A stretch of 64,000 nucleotides of DNA from positions 117,233 through 181,232 of the forward strand of contig JBITAJ010000018.1 in the NCBI GenBank assembly GCA_044440125.1, written 5' to 3'. This stretch comes from Sedimentisphaeraceae bacterium JB056. GTDB lineage: Bacteria; Planctomycetota; Phycisphaerae; Sedimentisphaerales; Sedimentisphaeraceae. Position 1 is the first letter of the stretch; each line of letters starts with the position of its first letter. The notes beneath the pieces were generated by a model that did not search any database, was not told where the DNA came from, and saw nothing but the letters and a program-made list of their open reading frames with translations. Shown piece by piece: positions 19,178 through 27,576 of this stretch. The translations under genes and the position numbers were made by a program.

Positions 19178-21823
19178 ATGGCCGTTTTAAGAAAAATAAT
19201 TTTATTCATTATCGCACTCGTTGTTGGTATAGGAGCATATTTTGCTTATCAACTCGTTACCAAGCCGCCGGCTATTGAGGTTGGCGGAGGCTATACTGTA
19301 GTCAAAACGGAGAAGCCTGCCCAGATACTTGATGATAGTCAGGGTAGTATTGGTGACACTGTTATCGGCCAGACAGAAGTTTCTGAATTCAATCTTTTGG
19401 ATGCAGATGGAAACTTGAAAAGCCGGTTTGGCTTCGATAAACTTGTTCACAGTGAAGGCACTGAGTGGGAGCTTGAGAAGCCTTATGTTGACATGTATGA
19501 CCCTAAATATACTTGCAGGGTACGTGCTAAGGGTGGTCTTATAAATATTGAAATGGTAGCTGGTAAACCGGTTCCTGTTAGTGCCAAGCTTAATGAAGAT
19601 GTTGTTATAATTCTCAAAACCGAAGATGGTGGTAGAGATTTTGAGATACATCTCGACAGCCTTGTCTATGATATAGTGCGAAACAGGTTTGAAAGTGATG
19701 ATCAGTTGCGTTTGATTGCCGATGATATGGAGATGGTCGGCAAGGGTATGACTCTTGTTTATAATCCCGAAAATAACCGTATTGAGCTTTTGAAGATTCC
19801 GGATCTTGATTATATTGAGATAAAAGAAAGAAGACTTAAGTTGGAAGATGGTACGGTTGAAAGTCGTTCTGACAGTCTTGCTCGCAAAGCTGCCGGTTCT
19901 GGAAAATTAAATCCTCAAGAAGGTGTTTTGTATGAGTTTATTCTTGACGAGAATGTTAAGATATTGACTGAAAATGAGACTATAAATGCATCTAATGTTC
20001 GAATAAGCAATATTCTTTGGGGGCAGAGTGAGGATTTCTCTGAGCAAAAAACTGAGGAGCAGGAAAAAGTTACTGATGCTGAACAGAAGATCAAGTCTTT
20101 GCCGGTAAAGAGCGAAGATGGTTTTGAGTATTGGCAGCCCGATACAGACCTGCCTAAGCCCATAGCCAAGCAGGATAAGGTAAATATTGAAGGTCCTAAT
20201 TATGAGATTGTCAGAGTGCTTTATGTTACTTGTGATGGAGGTTTGATATTCAGACCTCTTGACAATCAGGATAGGGATAAAGATATAGAGCGGACTCTTG
20301 ATCTTATCGGTTCTCCTGTGAAGGTAGAAAGTGAGAGTTTTGTCACAGAAAGTCCTTATCTCTGGTGTGGTCTTGATAGTGAGACTCTGAGGCTCTATTC
20401 CAGACAGCAGGGGCAGGTCAAGCTTACAACTCCTGATGGCAAGGCATCTCTTGTTACAGAAAAATCACTTTTCTGGAGTCAGGGGGATTCTGTCGCGACA
20501 GTTAAAGGGCCAGGACATATTTTTGTTGCCGACGATAAAGATGAAACAAGAACTAAGCTGAACTTTTCTGATACCATAAAGATGAAACTTTCTCAGCGTA
20601 AGGTTAGAAACGTTCAGGTTTCAGGCGGTTTCAATGCTGATATAACAGGTTCTAATTTTGCCCAAATCAACAGTGGCAAGGCTTTTATGGAATTTGAAGG
20701 GGACAATCTGCTTAAAAATATCGAGCTTTCTGATAATGTCAAGATTACTTCATTGCAGGGTGGTGTTCAGTCAGATAGGGTTAGTGTAGATTTTGCTACT
20801 GATGAAAACGGCAAACCTCAGCCTCAAAATGCCTTGGCCACTGGCAGCGCAAAGCTTGTCGCTTCCGGTGAAGAATCCAAGGAATACGATCCGGTTATGT
20901 TTGCCGATACTATTGAATATAGTTTTGATGATCAGGTTGCGGTAGCATCTGGTAATATCAAGCTTGATTTTGTAGTTCCATCTAAGGATGGCAACGTCAG
21001 CATGCCGCTTACGATAAATGCGGACCGTAATGTGGTATATAAAGCTGGCGATGGTTATATTGAGTTTAATGACAATGTTCGCGGCATATCTGTGATTACG
21101 CAGGATGGCGTTCAGCAGCAGTCAAAATTCACTTGTGATAAATTAAGGGTTTATCTCTCTAATGAATCCGTTAAGCCTTCATTGAAAAGCATTCTGCTTG
21201 AAGGCTCCAAAGTAGTGCTTGAAAATAAGAGATTTACTCCTGAAGCCGTTATAAGTGTTGTTGATCTTGAATGTAGTGGTTTTGAATATGAAGCTGTAAA
21301 CGGTATTATGAGGGCTTCAGGTCCCGGAAACATCAAAGTAAACAATCGGAATGTGGTTGGCAATTCAAGTCAGAATTCGGTGTCGTTCAATGGCCCGTGT
21401 TATGCTTTGATCGAAAACTTTTCATCACTGACTTTCAATACCTTTGAGAATCAGATAGTCGCTGAGAGAGGTGAAAAGATGCTTCATATAGGTTATATAC
21501 CCATTCTGCCTGATGGACACATGGGAACTCAGCGTCTTGTTGATGCAGGCAGGCTTGAGCTTTCTTACACGGAGCACAATGGTAAGAGTATTGTTTCTTC
21601 TTTGAAGGCAACGGATAAGGTTTATTATTACGAACCTGACAAATATCAATTGATCGGTGACAACCTTGAATATAATGGTTATACAGGTTTAGTAAAAATA
21701 AACGGCACAGAGTCTAACCCTTGCGTACTTAACAGTACACTCGTTGATGCCATAGAATACAATATTAAGACCGGAAGCATGAAGACCGGCATTGGCGGTG
21801 TCAGTTCTGTACCAATCAATTAA
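19178..21823 (+). CDS. Membrane-anchored beta-rich periplasmic protein, putative LptC/LptA(OstA)-like multi-domain LPS export protein
   Basis: One N-terminal TM; LptC-like start (WELEKPYVDMY); several OstA-like beta segments; lies between kdsC and lpxB. Confidence 0.55.
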   Translation: MAVLRKIILFIIALVVGIGAYFAYQLVTKPPAIEVGGGYTVVKTEKPAQILDDSQGSIGDTVIGQTEVSEFNLLDADGNLKSRFGFDKLVHSEGTEWELEKPYVDMYDPKYTCRVRAKGGLINIEMVAGKPVPVSAKLNEDVVIILKTEDGGRDFEIHLDSLVYDIVRNRFESDDQLRLIADDMEMVGKGMTLVYNPENNRIELLKIPDLDYIEIKERRLKLEDGTVESRSDSLARKAAGSGKLNPQEGVLYEFILDENVKILTENETINASNVRISNILWGQSEDFSEQKTEEQEKVTDAEQKIKSLPVKSEDGFEYWQPDTDLPKPIAKQDKVNIEGPNYEIVRVLYVTCDGGLIFRPLDNQDRDKDIERTLDLIGSPVKVESESFVTESPYLWCGLDSETLRLYSRQQGQVKLTTPDGKASLVTEKSLFWSQGDSVATVKGPGHIFVADDKDETRTKLNFSDTIKMKLSQRKVRNVQVSGGFNADITGSNFAQINSGKAFMEFEGDNLLKNIELSDNVKITSLQGGVQSDRVSVDFATDENGKPQPQNALATGSAKLVASGEESKEYDPVMFADTIEYSFDDQVAVASGNIKLDFVVPSKDGNVSMPLTINADRNVVYKAGDGYIEFNDNVRGISVITQDGVQQQSKFTCDKLRVYLSNESVKPSLKSILLEGSKVVLENKRFTPEAVISVVDLECSGFEYEAVNGIMRASGPGNIKVNNRNVVGNSSQNSVSFNGPCYALIENFSSLTFNTFENQIVAERGEKMLHIGYIPILPDGHMGTQRLVDAGRLELSYTEHNGKSIVSSLKATDKVYYYEPDKYQLIGDNLEYNGYTGLVKINGTESNPCVLNSTLVDAIEYNIKTGSMKTGIGGVSSVPIN

Positions 21824-21838
21824 AGGGTTATACGGTTT

Positions 21839-22987
21839 ATGGCTCAGTATAAAATATTCTTAAGTGCTTGTGAGGCAAGTGCCGAAAAACATTGTCTTGA
21901 ATTAATGACCTCTATCAAAGATAAGGTTGCCAGAGAAGGCGGTCAGGTTTCTTTTAGTGGCATTGGTGGTAAAAAGATGCAGGAGGCAGGCTGTGAGATT
22001 ATTGCAGATACTGTCAGCAGGGCTGCCATGATCTACAATGCATTTGGGCAGGTAGGGTATTATTATAAGCTTATAAAGAAAGTTAAGTGTTTTTTGCAGG
22101 AAAATCCGCAGGACGTTGTTGTTGTATGCGATTCACCTGCATTTAATTTTCATATTGCTAAGGCCGCTAAGAAAGCTAATACAAAAGTTCTCTTTTATGT
22201 CGCACCGCAACTTTGGGCATGGGCTCCATGGCGAATACACAAGCTTAAGAGATGCTGCGACAGACTTGCTTGCATACTGCCGTTTGAAGAGAAATGGTTT
22301 TCTGATAGGGGTGTTAAAGCTGAATTTGTTGGCAATCCACTTTTTGACGAGATAGATGTGAACATCGATCAATGCTTGAAGAGTTATGATTTGTATAAAC
22401 CTGAGTCTGCTAAAATCGCATTGTTGCCTGGTTCAAGAAAAGCCGAGATAGATTCTTTATGGAAGCCAATGCAGCAGATAGCAGTTAATCTTAAAAAGCG
22501 ATACCCTGCTATAAGATTTGTTGCTGTTGGGTCTGATGAGGAGAAACTCGATATTTTGCGAGCCAGCCAGATATCTGGTTTTGAGTGTGAATATAGGTTG
22601 GATAAAGTGATTGATACCTGTCGTCAGGTTGATTACGCTTTTGTGGCAAGTGGCAGTGCCACATTACAGGTAGCTTCTGCTGCTTGTCCGATGACCGTTA
22701 TGTATCAGTCAAATAAGCTTTTATGGCATCTTCTCGGTAGGTGGCTTATTAATATAAAGCATCTTTCACTTGTTAATATTCTCGCTTCGAAAAGGCTTGT
22801 ACCCGAGTATATGCCTTACTTTGATTCTGTTGAGCCGATTTCTGATGAAGCCTGTCTGCTTTTATCAGACAAAAACTCGCTCAAGACGACAAGTGAGGCC
22901 CTTGTGGAACTTGTAAAGCCTCTTGCTGATTTCAAGACATGCAATGCTGTTGCTGATATTGTTTTAGATATTTGTGACAGTAATTAA
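21839..22987 (+). CDS. lpxB: Lipid-A-disaccharide synthase
   Basis: EASAE, DSPAFN, YVAPQLWAW, ILPFEE, FVGNP, LLPGSR..EI, ASGSATL. Confidence 0.93.
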   Translation: MAQYKIFLSACEASAEKHCLELMTSIKDKVAREGGQVSFSGIGGKKMQEAGCEIIADTVSRAAMIYNAFGQVGYYYKLIKKVKCFLQENPQDVVVVCDSPAFNFHIAKAAKKANTKVLFYVAPQLWAWAPWRIHKLKRCCDRLACILPFEEKWFSDRGVKAEFVGNPLFDEIDVNIDQCLKSYDLYKPESAKIALLPGSRKAEIDSLWKPMQQIAVNLKKRYPAIRFVAVGSDEEKLDILRASQISGFECEYRLDKVIDTCRQVDYAFVASGSATLQVASAACPMTVMYQSNKLLWHLLGRWLINIKHLSLVNILASKRLVPEYMPYFDSVEPISDEACLLLSDKNSLKTTSEALVELVKPLADFKTCNAVADIVLDICDSN

Positions 22988-23149
22988 TGCTATCTGCGTA
23001 ACCTTGGGTTACCGTTAAAATAGCGGCATCGTATTACCCTGCGATTTAAGAAAACGAACGTTTTATTAATGTAAGTTCTTGATCGAATTAATCTTATCCA
23101 TTGTTGGTTTGTGGAATCTCTGTATACGATTCTGTATGTAGTATCAATA

Positions 23150-23404
23150 TGACTATATATAGTGGTTTTTGCTCTATTTATACTACAGGTAGTTGTTTTT
23201 GCGGTTTGAGAGCACTATATATTGCACCTTGAAACACGGCTTCAAATTTTTTTTTATTTCGTAGATGCTTCTATTTCAACGACTTACTGAAAGCTGTTTT
23301 TTTTTGCTGTTTTTTTTGGTTGAAACTGTTTGAATAAAGTTTAACATATTACATATCTAACAAGATGTTGGTTTTTACGAGGAATTAATCACTATATATT
23401 GTAT
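23150..23404 (+). promoter_or_regulatory. NrdR-box-like operator cluster upstream of nrdJ
   Basis: Matches to CwAtATaTwG: CTATATATAG (23153), CTACAGGTAG (23183), CTATATATTG (23215), CAAGATGTTG (23361), CTATATATTG (23392); spacings 30, 32 and 31 bp. Confidence 0.8.
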
Positions 23405-23446
23405 GTTTTAATGAGGGCATTTTTGCGCCCATAGTTGGAGATAATA

Positions 23447-26359
23447 ATGGCACAAAAGTCAGTTTCAAAATCAAAACTCAAGGTTGAAAGCTATTTCTGC
23501 GATAAAAATGCTTCTCCGTTTGATGATATTAAATGGGAAACTCGTCAGGCGAGTATTACAGATGATAAGGGCAACGTTATTTTCGAGCAAAATAATGTTG
23601 AAGTACCTGAAAAATGGAGCCAGCTTGCTACAAAAATTGTTGTGAGCAAGTATTTTTATGGTGAAGCGCATACCAAAGAGCGTGAATATTCAGTAAAACA
23701 GCTTGTTCAGCGTGTTGCAAGGACTATCGCTGATCGTGGGCTTAAAGATGGGTATTTTGGCGATAAAGAAAATGCTGACAAGTTTTACAAGGAGCTTGCC
23801 TGGCTTTGTGCCCACCAGTATGGTGCATTTAACTCTCCGGTATGGTTCAATGTAGGGCTTAAGGAAGCTTACGGCGTTGCCGGAAGTGCTCATAATTTCC
23901 GTTGGGATTCAGAGAAGGGCAAGGCCGTTCCTGGTGAGGATACTTATTCTTATCCGCAGGCATCTGCATGTTTCATCCAGTCTGTTCAGGATACTATGGA
24001 GGATATCATGCGTCTTGCTACCAGCGAAGCAATGCTTTTTAAGCATGGTTCTGGTACAGGTACAGACCTTTCGACTCTTAGAAGTTCTCGTGAGAAGCTC
24101 TCTGGTGGCGGCGTGCCGTCAGGTCCTCTAAGCTTCATGAAGGTTTTCGATCAAATAGCCGGTGTTATTAAGAGCGGCGGTAAGACAAGACGTGCCGCTA
24201 AGATGCAGTCTTTGATGGTTACTCACCCTGATATCAGGGAATTTATAAATTGCAAGACCGAAGAAGAGAAAAAGGCCTGGGCCCTCATAGAAGAGGGTTT
24301 CAGTGGCGACTTTAACGGCGATGCTTACGGCAGTGTTATGTTCCAGAATGCAAATCTTTCAGTTCGTGTTACTGATGACTTTATGGACAAGGTTGAGAAA
24401 GATGGTAAATGGGTAACTAAATCTGTTACTACTGGCGAAGATATTGAGGGACATAAAGCACGCGAGCTTATGGATGAAATCTGTGAGGGAACAAGGATAT
24501 GCGGTGATCCCGGTCTGCAGTATCACAGTACCATAAATAAATGGCATACCTGTCCAAATGCGGCTCCGATAAATGCATCGAATCCTTGCAGTGAGTACAT
24601 GTTTATCAATGACTCTGCCTGTAATCTCGCATCGCTCAATTTGATGAAGTTCCGCAAGAAAGATGGTACTTTTGATGTTGAATCATTTAAGCATGCTATC
24701 AGAATTTTTATTATTGCACAGGATATACTTGTAGATAACGGAAGCTATCCTGAAGCCAGAATAACCGAAAACAGCCATAAATTCCGTCCGTTAGGACTTG
24801 GTTACGCCAATCTGGGCTGCTTGATGATGAGCCTTGCTTTACCTTACGATTCAGAAGAAACAAGGGCTTTGACATCTGCTATTACAGCTATACTTACAGG
24901 TACGGCTTATTGTGTAAGTGCTGAGATGGCAAATATTAGCGGAACATTCTCTGAGTATGATGCGAACAAGGAACCGATGCTCAACGTTATCTCAATGCAT
25001 CGTAATTGTGCCCATGAGATACCTGAAGGTATTTGCCCAGATTATTTGCTCAGTGAAGCTAAGGATTCTTGGGATAAAGCTTACGATCTTGGGGCAAAAT
25101 ATGGTTACAGGAATGCCCAGACGACAGTCCTTGCTCCAACAGGTACTATCGGCTTTATGATGGATTGTGATACGACAGGTATTGAGCCTGATATTGCCCT
25201 TGTCAAGTATAAGATGCTTGCCGGTGGTGGAATGCTTAAGATTGTAAACCAGACTGTTCCTATGGCTCTTGAACGTCTTGATTATACAAAAGAGCAGATA
25301 AAAGCGATATGCGAAACTATTGATAAGGATGATACAATCGAAACATCCGACATTATTCTTGAAGAGCACTTGCCAATATTTGATTGTGCTTTCAAGGCAA
25401 GGAAGGGTACTCGTCATATACACTGGAAGGCGCATCTTAAGATGATGGCTGCTGCTCAGCCGTTCCTTTCAGGAGCGATAAGCAAGACAATCAATATGCC
25501 GAATGAAAGTACCCGTGAGGATATTATGCAGGCATATATGGAAGGTTGGAAACTCGGTCTCAAGGCAGTAGCTATCTATCGTGATGGTTCCAAGAGGACT
25601 CAACCGGTCAATACCTCAAGTTCGGAACAGAAAGAGTCAAAGAAGGCGAAAAAGGAAACAGTTGTTGTAAGCAAACCTTACAGAAAAAGGCTTCCTGAAA
25701 CTCGCAGCAGTATAACTCATAAGTTTAGTGTTGCCGGTCACGAGGGATACCTCACAGTAGGTCTTTATGATGACGGCCAGCCGGGTGAACTGTTCATAAC
25801 AATGGCTAAAGAAGGCAGTACTATAGGCGGCCTAATGGATGCTATTGGAACGTGTGTTTCAATGTCACTGCAGTATGGTGTGCCTCTTGTTACTCTTGTC
25901 GATAAATTCAGGCATGCGAGATTTGAGCCTGCCGGAATGACTTCAAACAGAGAGATTCCGTTCGCAAAGAGTCTTATTGACTATATCTTCTGCTGGCTTG
26001 GATGCCAGTTCCTGCCTGGTTACGCAGAAACAAATACGCCAAATAGAGGAGCTTCAAAATCAAGCTCTTCAAAAGGAGGCGACAAACCTGTGGCTAAAGC
26101 GGTTGTTAGTGCTAAGTCTGTAAAGCCCAAAAGTGGCTCCGGTGAAACGGAAGCTATAGCAGAAAAGGCGGTAGCCGTTGTAAGCTCTGTTGCTTCAGGA
26201 GATTCTGCTGAGCAGGTAAGTATTATTCAGCAATTCAACGGACAGTTTGAGCACTTCCAGGACGATGCTCCGGCATGTGATGTATGTGGCTCAATAACCG
26301 TTCGTAACGGAACTTGTTACAGATGTCATAACTGCGGCAACTCAATGGGTTGTTCGTAA
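23447..26359 (+). CDS. nrdJ: Class II (adenosylcobalamin-dependent) ribonucleotide reductase with C-terminal TSCPD and Zn-ribbon domains
   Basis: FNSPVWFN, SACFI, GGKTRRAAKM, NASNPCSE, APTGTIG, GAISKTIN, IYRDGSK; C-terminal CDVCG...CYRCHNCG. Confidence 0.95.
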   Translation: MAQKSVSKSKLKVESYFCDKNASPFDDIKWETRQASITDDKGNVIFEQNNVEVPEKWSQLATKIVVSKYFYGEAHTKEREYSVKQLVQRVARTIADRGLKDGYFGDKENADKFYKELAWLCAHQYGAFNSPVWFNVGLKEAYGVAGSAHNFRWDSEKGKAVPGEDTYSYPQASACFIQSVQDTMEDIMRLATSEAMLFKHGSGTGTDLSTLRSSREKLSGGGVPSGPLSFMKVFDQIAGVIKSGGKTRRAAKMQSLMVTHPDIREFINCKTEEEKKAWALIEEGFSGDFNGDAYGSVMFQNANLSVRVTDDFMDKVEKDGKWVTKSVTTGEDIEGHKARELMDEICEGTRICGDPGLQYHSTINKWHTCPNAAPINASNPCSEYMFINDSACNLASLNLMKFRKKDGTFDVESFKHAIRIFIIAQDILVDNGSYPEARITENSHKFRPLGLGYANLGCLMMSLALPYDSEETRALTSAITAILTGTAYCVSAEMANISGTFSEYDANKEPMLNVISMHRNCAHEIPEGICPDYLLSEAKDSWDKAYDLGAKYGYRNAQTTVLAPTGTIGFMMDCDTTGIEPDIALVKYKMLAGGGMLKIVNQTVPMALERLDYTKEQIKAICETIDKDDTIETSDIILEEHLPIFDCAFKARKGTRHIHWKAHLKMMAAAQPFLSGAISKTINMPNESTREDIMQAYMEGWKLGLKAVAIYRDGSKRTQPVNTSSSEQKESKKAKKETVVVSKPYRKRLPETRSSITHKFSVAGHEGYLTVGLYDDGQPGELFITMAKEGSTIGGLMDAIGTCVSMSLQYGVPLVTLVDKFRHARFEPAGMTSNREIPFAKSLIDYIFCWLGCQFLPGYAETNTPNRGASKSSSSKGGDKPVAKAVVSAKSVKPKSGSGETEAIAEKAVAVVSSVASGDSAEQVSIIQQFNGQFEHFQDDAPACDVCGSITVRNGTCYRCHNCGNSMGCS

Positions 26360-26393
26360 AAAATAATGAATGCATAAACGTTTTCCAATTCCG

Positions 26394-26426
26394 GAGCCGC
26401 CTGTTTAGATAATGGGCGGCTCTTTG
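26394..26426 (+). terminator. Intrinsic terminator after nrdJ
   Basis: GAGCCGCCT-loop-GGGCGGCTC followed by TTTGTTATT. Confidence 0.7.
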
Positions 26427-26430
26427 TTAT

Positions 26431-26459
26431 TTGACAAATACTTATTAATAGTATATGAT
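26431..26459 (+). promoter_or_regulatory. Sigma70-type promoter for the macro-domain gene
   Basis: TTGACA-17bp-TATGAT. Confidence 0.6.
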
Positions 26460-26535
26460 TGTCATAGTGAGTTTGTGGGAAGTTGTCTAAAATCACTTTG
26501 GCGTGGGATGTTAAAGGAATGTTCTGGAGGATTTT

Positions 26536-27045
26536 ATGCGAGTTATTAAGGGAGATATTACAAAGCTCCAAGTCGATGCAATTGTTAATGCCGCGAATCG
26601 AACTTTGCTTGGCGGCGGTGGTGTTGATGGTGCGATTCATAGAGCGGCTGGCCCAAAATTGCTTGAGGATTGCAGGAAACTTGGCGGTTGCCATACGGGC
26701 GGCGCGAAAATTACACCAGCTTTCTCTTTGCCCTCGCGATATATAATACATACGGTTGGTCCTGTCTATTATGGTGGCAGCATGAATGAAAAAGAACTTC
26801 TTGCTGATTGCTACAGAAACTCTCTGCGTCTTGCCCAGCAAAATGATCTCCGATCAATTGCATTCCCATGTATAAGTACTGGTGCGTATCGATATCCATC
26901 ACGCGAAGCTGCCCAAATAGCTATAGCAACGGTTAGTGCCTATTGTGCTGATATAGGTTTTCAACCGGATGTAATATTTTGCTGTTTTAGTAATTCAGAT
27001 GAAGAGATATACCTGTCTTTGCTTGCATCTGAGCCTGTTTATTAA
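26536..27045 (+). CDS. Macro-domain O-acetyl-ADP-ribose deacetylase (YmdB-like)
   Basis: GDIT, AIVNAAN..L.GGGGVDGAIH, IHTVGP, AFPCISTG.Y. Confidence 0.93.
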   Translation: MRVIKGDITKLQVDAIVNAANRTLLGGGGVDGAIHRAAGPKLLEDCRKLGGCHTGGAKITPAFSLPSRYIIHTVGPVYYGGSMNEKELLADCYRNSLRLAQQNDLRSIAFPCISTGAYRYPSREAAQIAIATVSAYCADIGFQPDVIFCCFSNSDEEIYLSLLASEPVY

Positions 27046-27061
27046 AAAAAATAAAAAAAAC

Positions 27062-27096
27062 TTGACATCGACATTAGTAGGACTAAAATAGTCCTA
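27062..27096 (+). promoter_or_regulatory. Promoter overlapped by an Rrf2-type operator palindrome
   Basis: TTGACA (27062) and TAAAAT (27084); perfect 8-3-8 inverted repeat TAGGACTA-aaa-TAGTCCTA at 27078-27096. Confidence 0.75.
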
Positions 27097-27114
27097 TATA
27101 GTAATGAGAGAATT

Positions 27115-27519
27115 ATGGAAGTTATAAGAAGAAATACAGATTATTCATTCAGGTTAATGGCGACACTTGCTAAGTACCACGACCATTGTGTCTCTGTTCG
27201 GCAGCTTGCCAAGGAAAGTTGTGTGCCTTACCAGCTTTCTTGCAAACTTTTGCAGAAGCTCAGCTCGGCAGGTCTTGTTGCAAGTAAGATGGGGCCTAAA
27301 GGCGGTTATAAGCTTGCTTGTGAACCTGAAAGTATAAATTTAAAGCAGATTGTTGAAGCCATACAAGGACCGGTCATTTTTAATCAATGTTTGACTGATG
27401 GTTTTGAGTGTCCTCTCTCTCAAGGGTGTCCGGTGAGCGGTCATCTGGCAAAAATGCAGGCAGAAATGAATGATCATCTTGCCGCCAAGACACTTGCTAT
27501 GCTTGCAGGAAAAGATTAG
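27115..27519 (+). CDS. Rrf2 family transcriptional regulator
   Basis: TDYS.R, wHTH, S.MGPKGGY.L, three C-terminal Cys (CLTDGFECPLSQGC) as potential Fe-S ligands. Confidence 0.92.
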   Translation: MEVIRRNTDYSFRLMATLAKYHDHCVSVRQLAKESCVPYQLSCKLLQKLSSAGLVASKMGPKGGYKLACEPESINLKQIVEAIQGPVIFNQCLTDGFECPLSQGCPVSGHLAKMQAEMNDHLAAKTLAMLAGKD

Positions 27520-27576
27520 ATGTGGATTAGCAATAGTATATAGAATTTTAGAAATTAATAGTTAAAGGAGTAAATT

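Noticed and set aside
22988..23446. Cobalamin riboswitch upstream of B12-dependent nrdJ
   Set aside because: The leader is AT-rich and lacks a recognisable B12-box or GGGAA/GCCCCCGC core; NrdR-like boxes explain it.
23447..26359. Intein in nrdJ
   Set aside because: Motifs are contiguous, there is no C...HN splice-junction block or LAGLIDADG motif, and the length fits NrdJ plus TSCPD.
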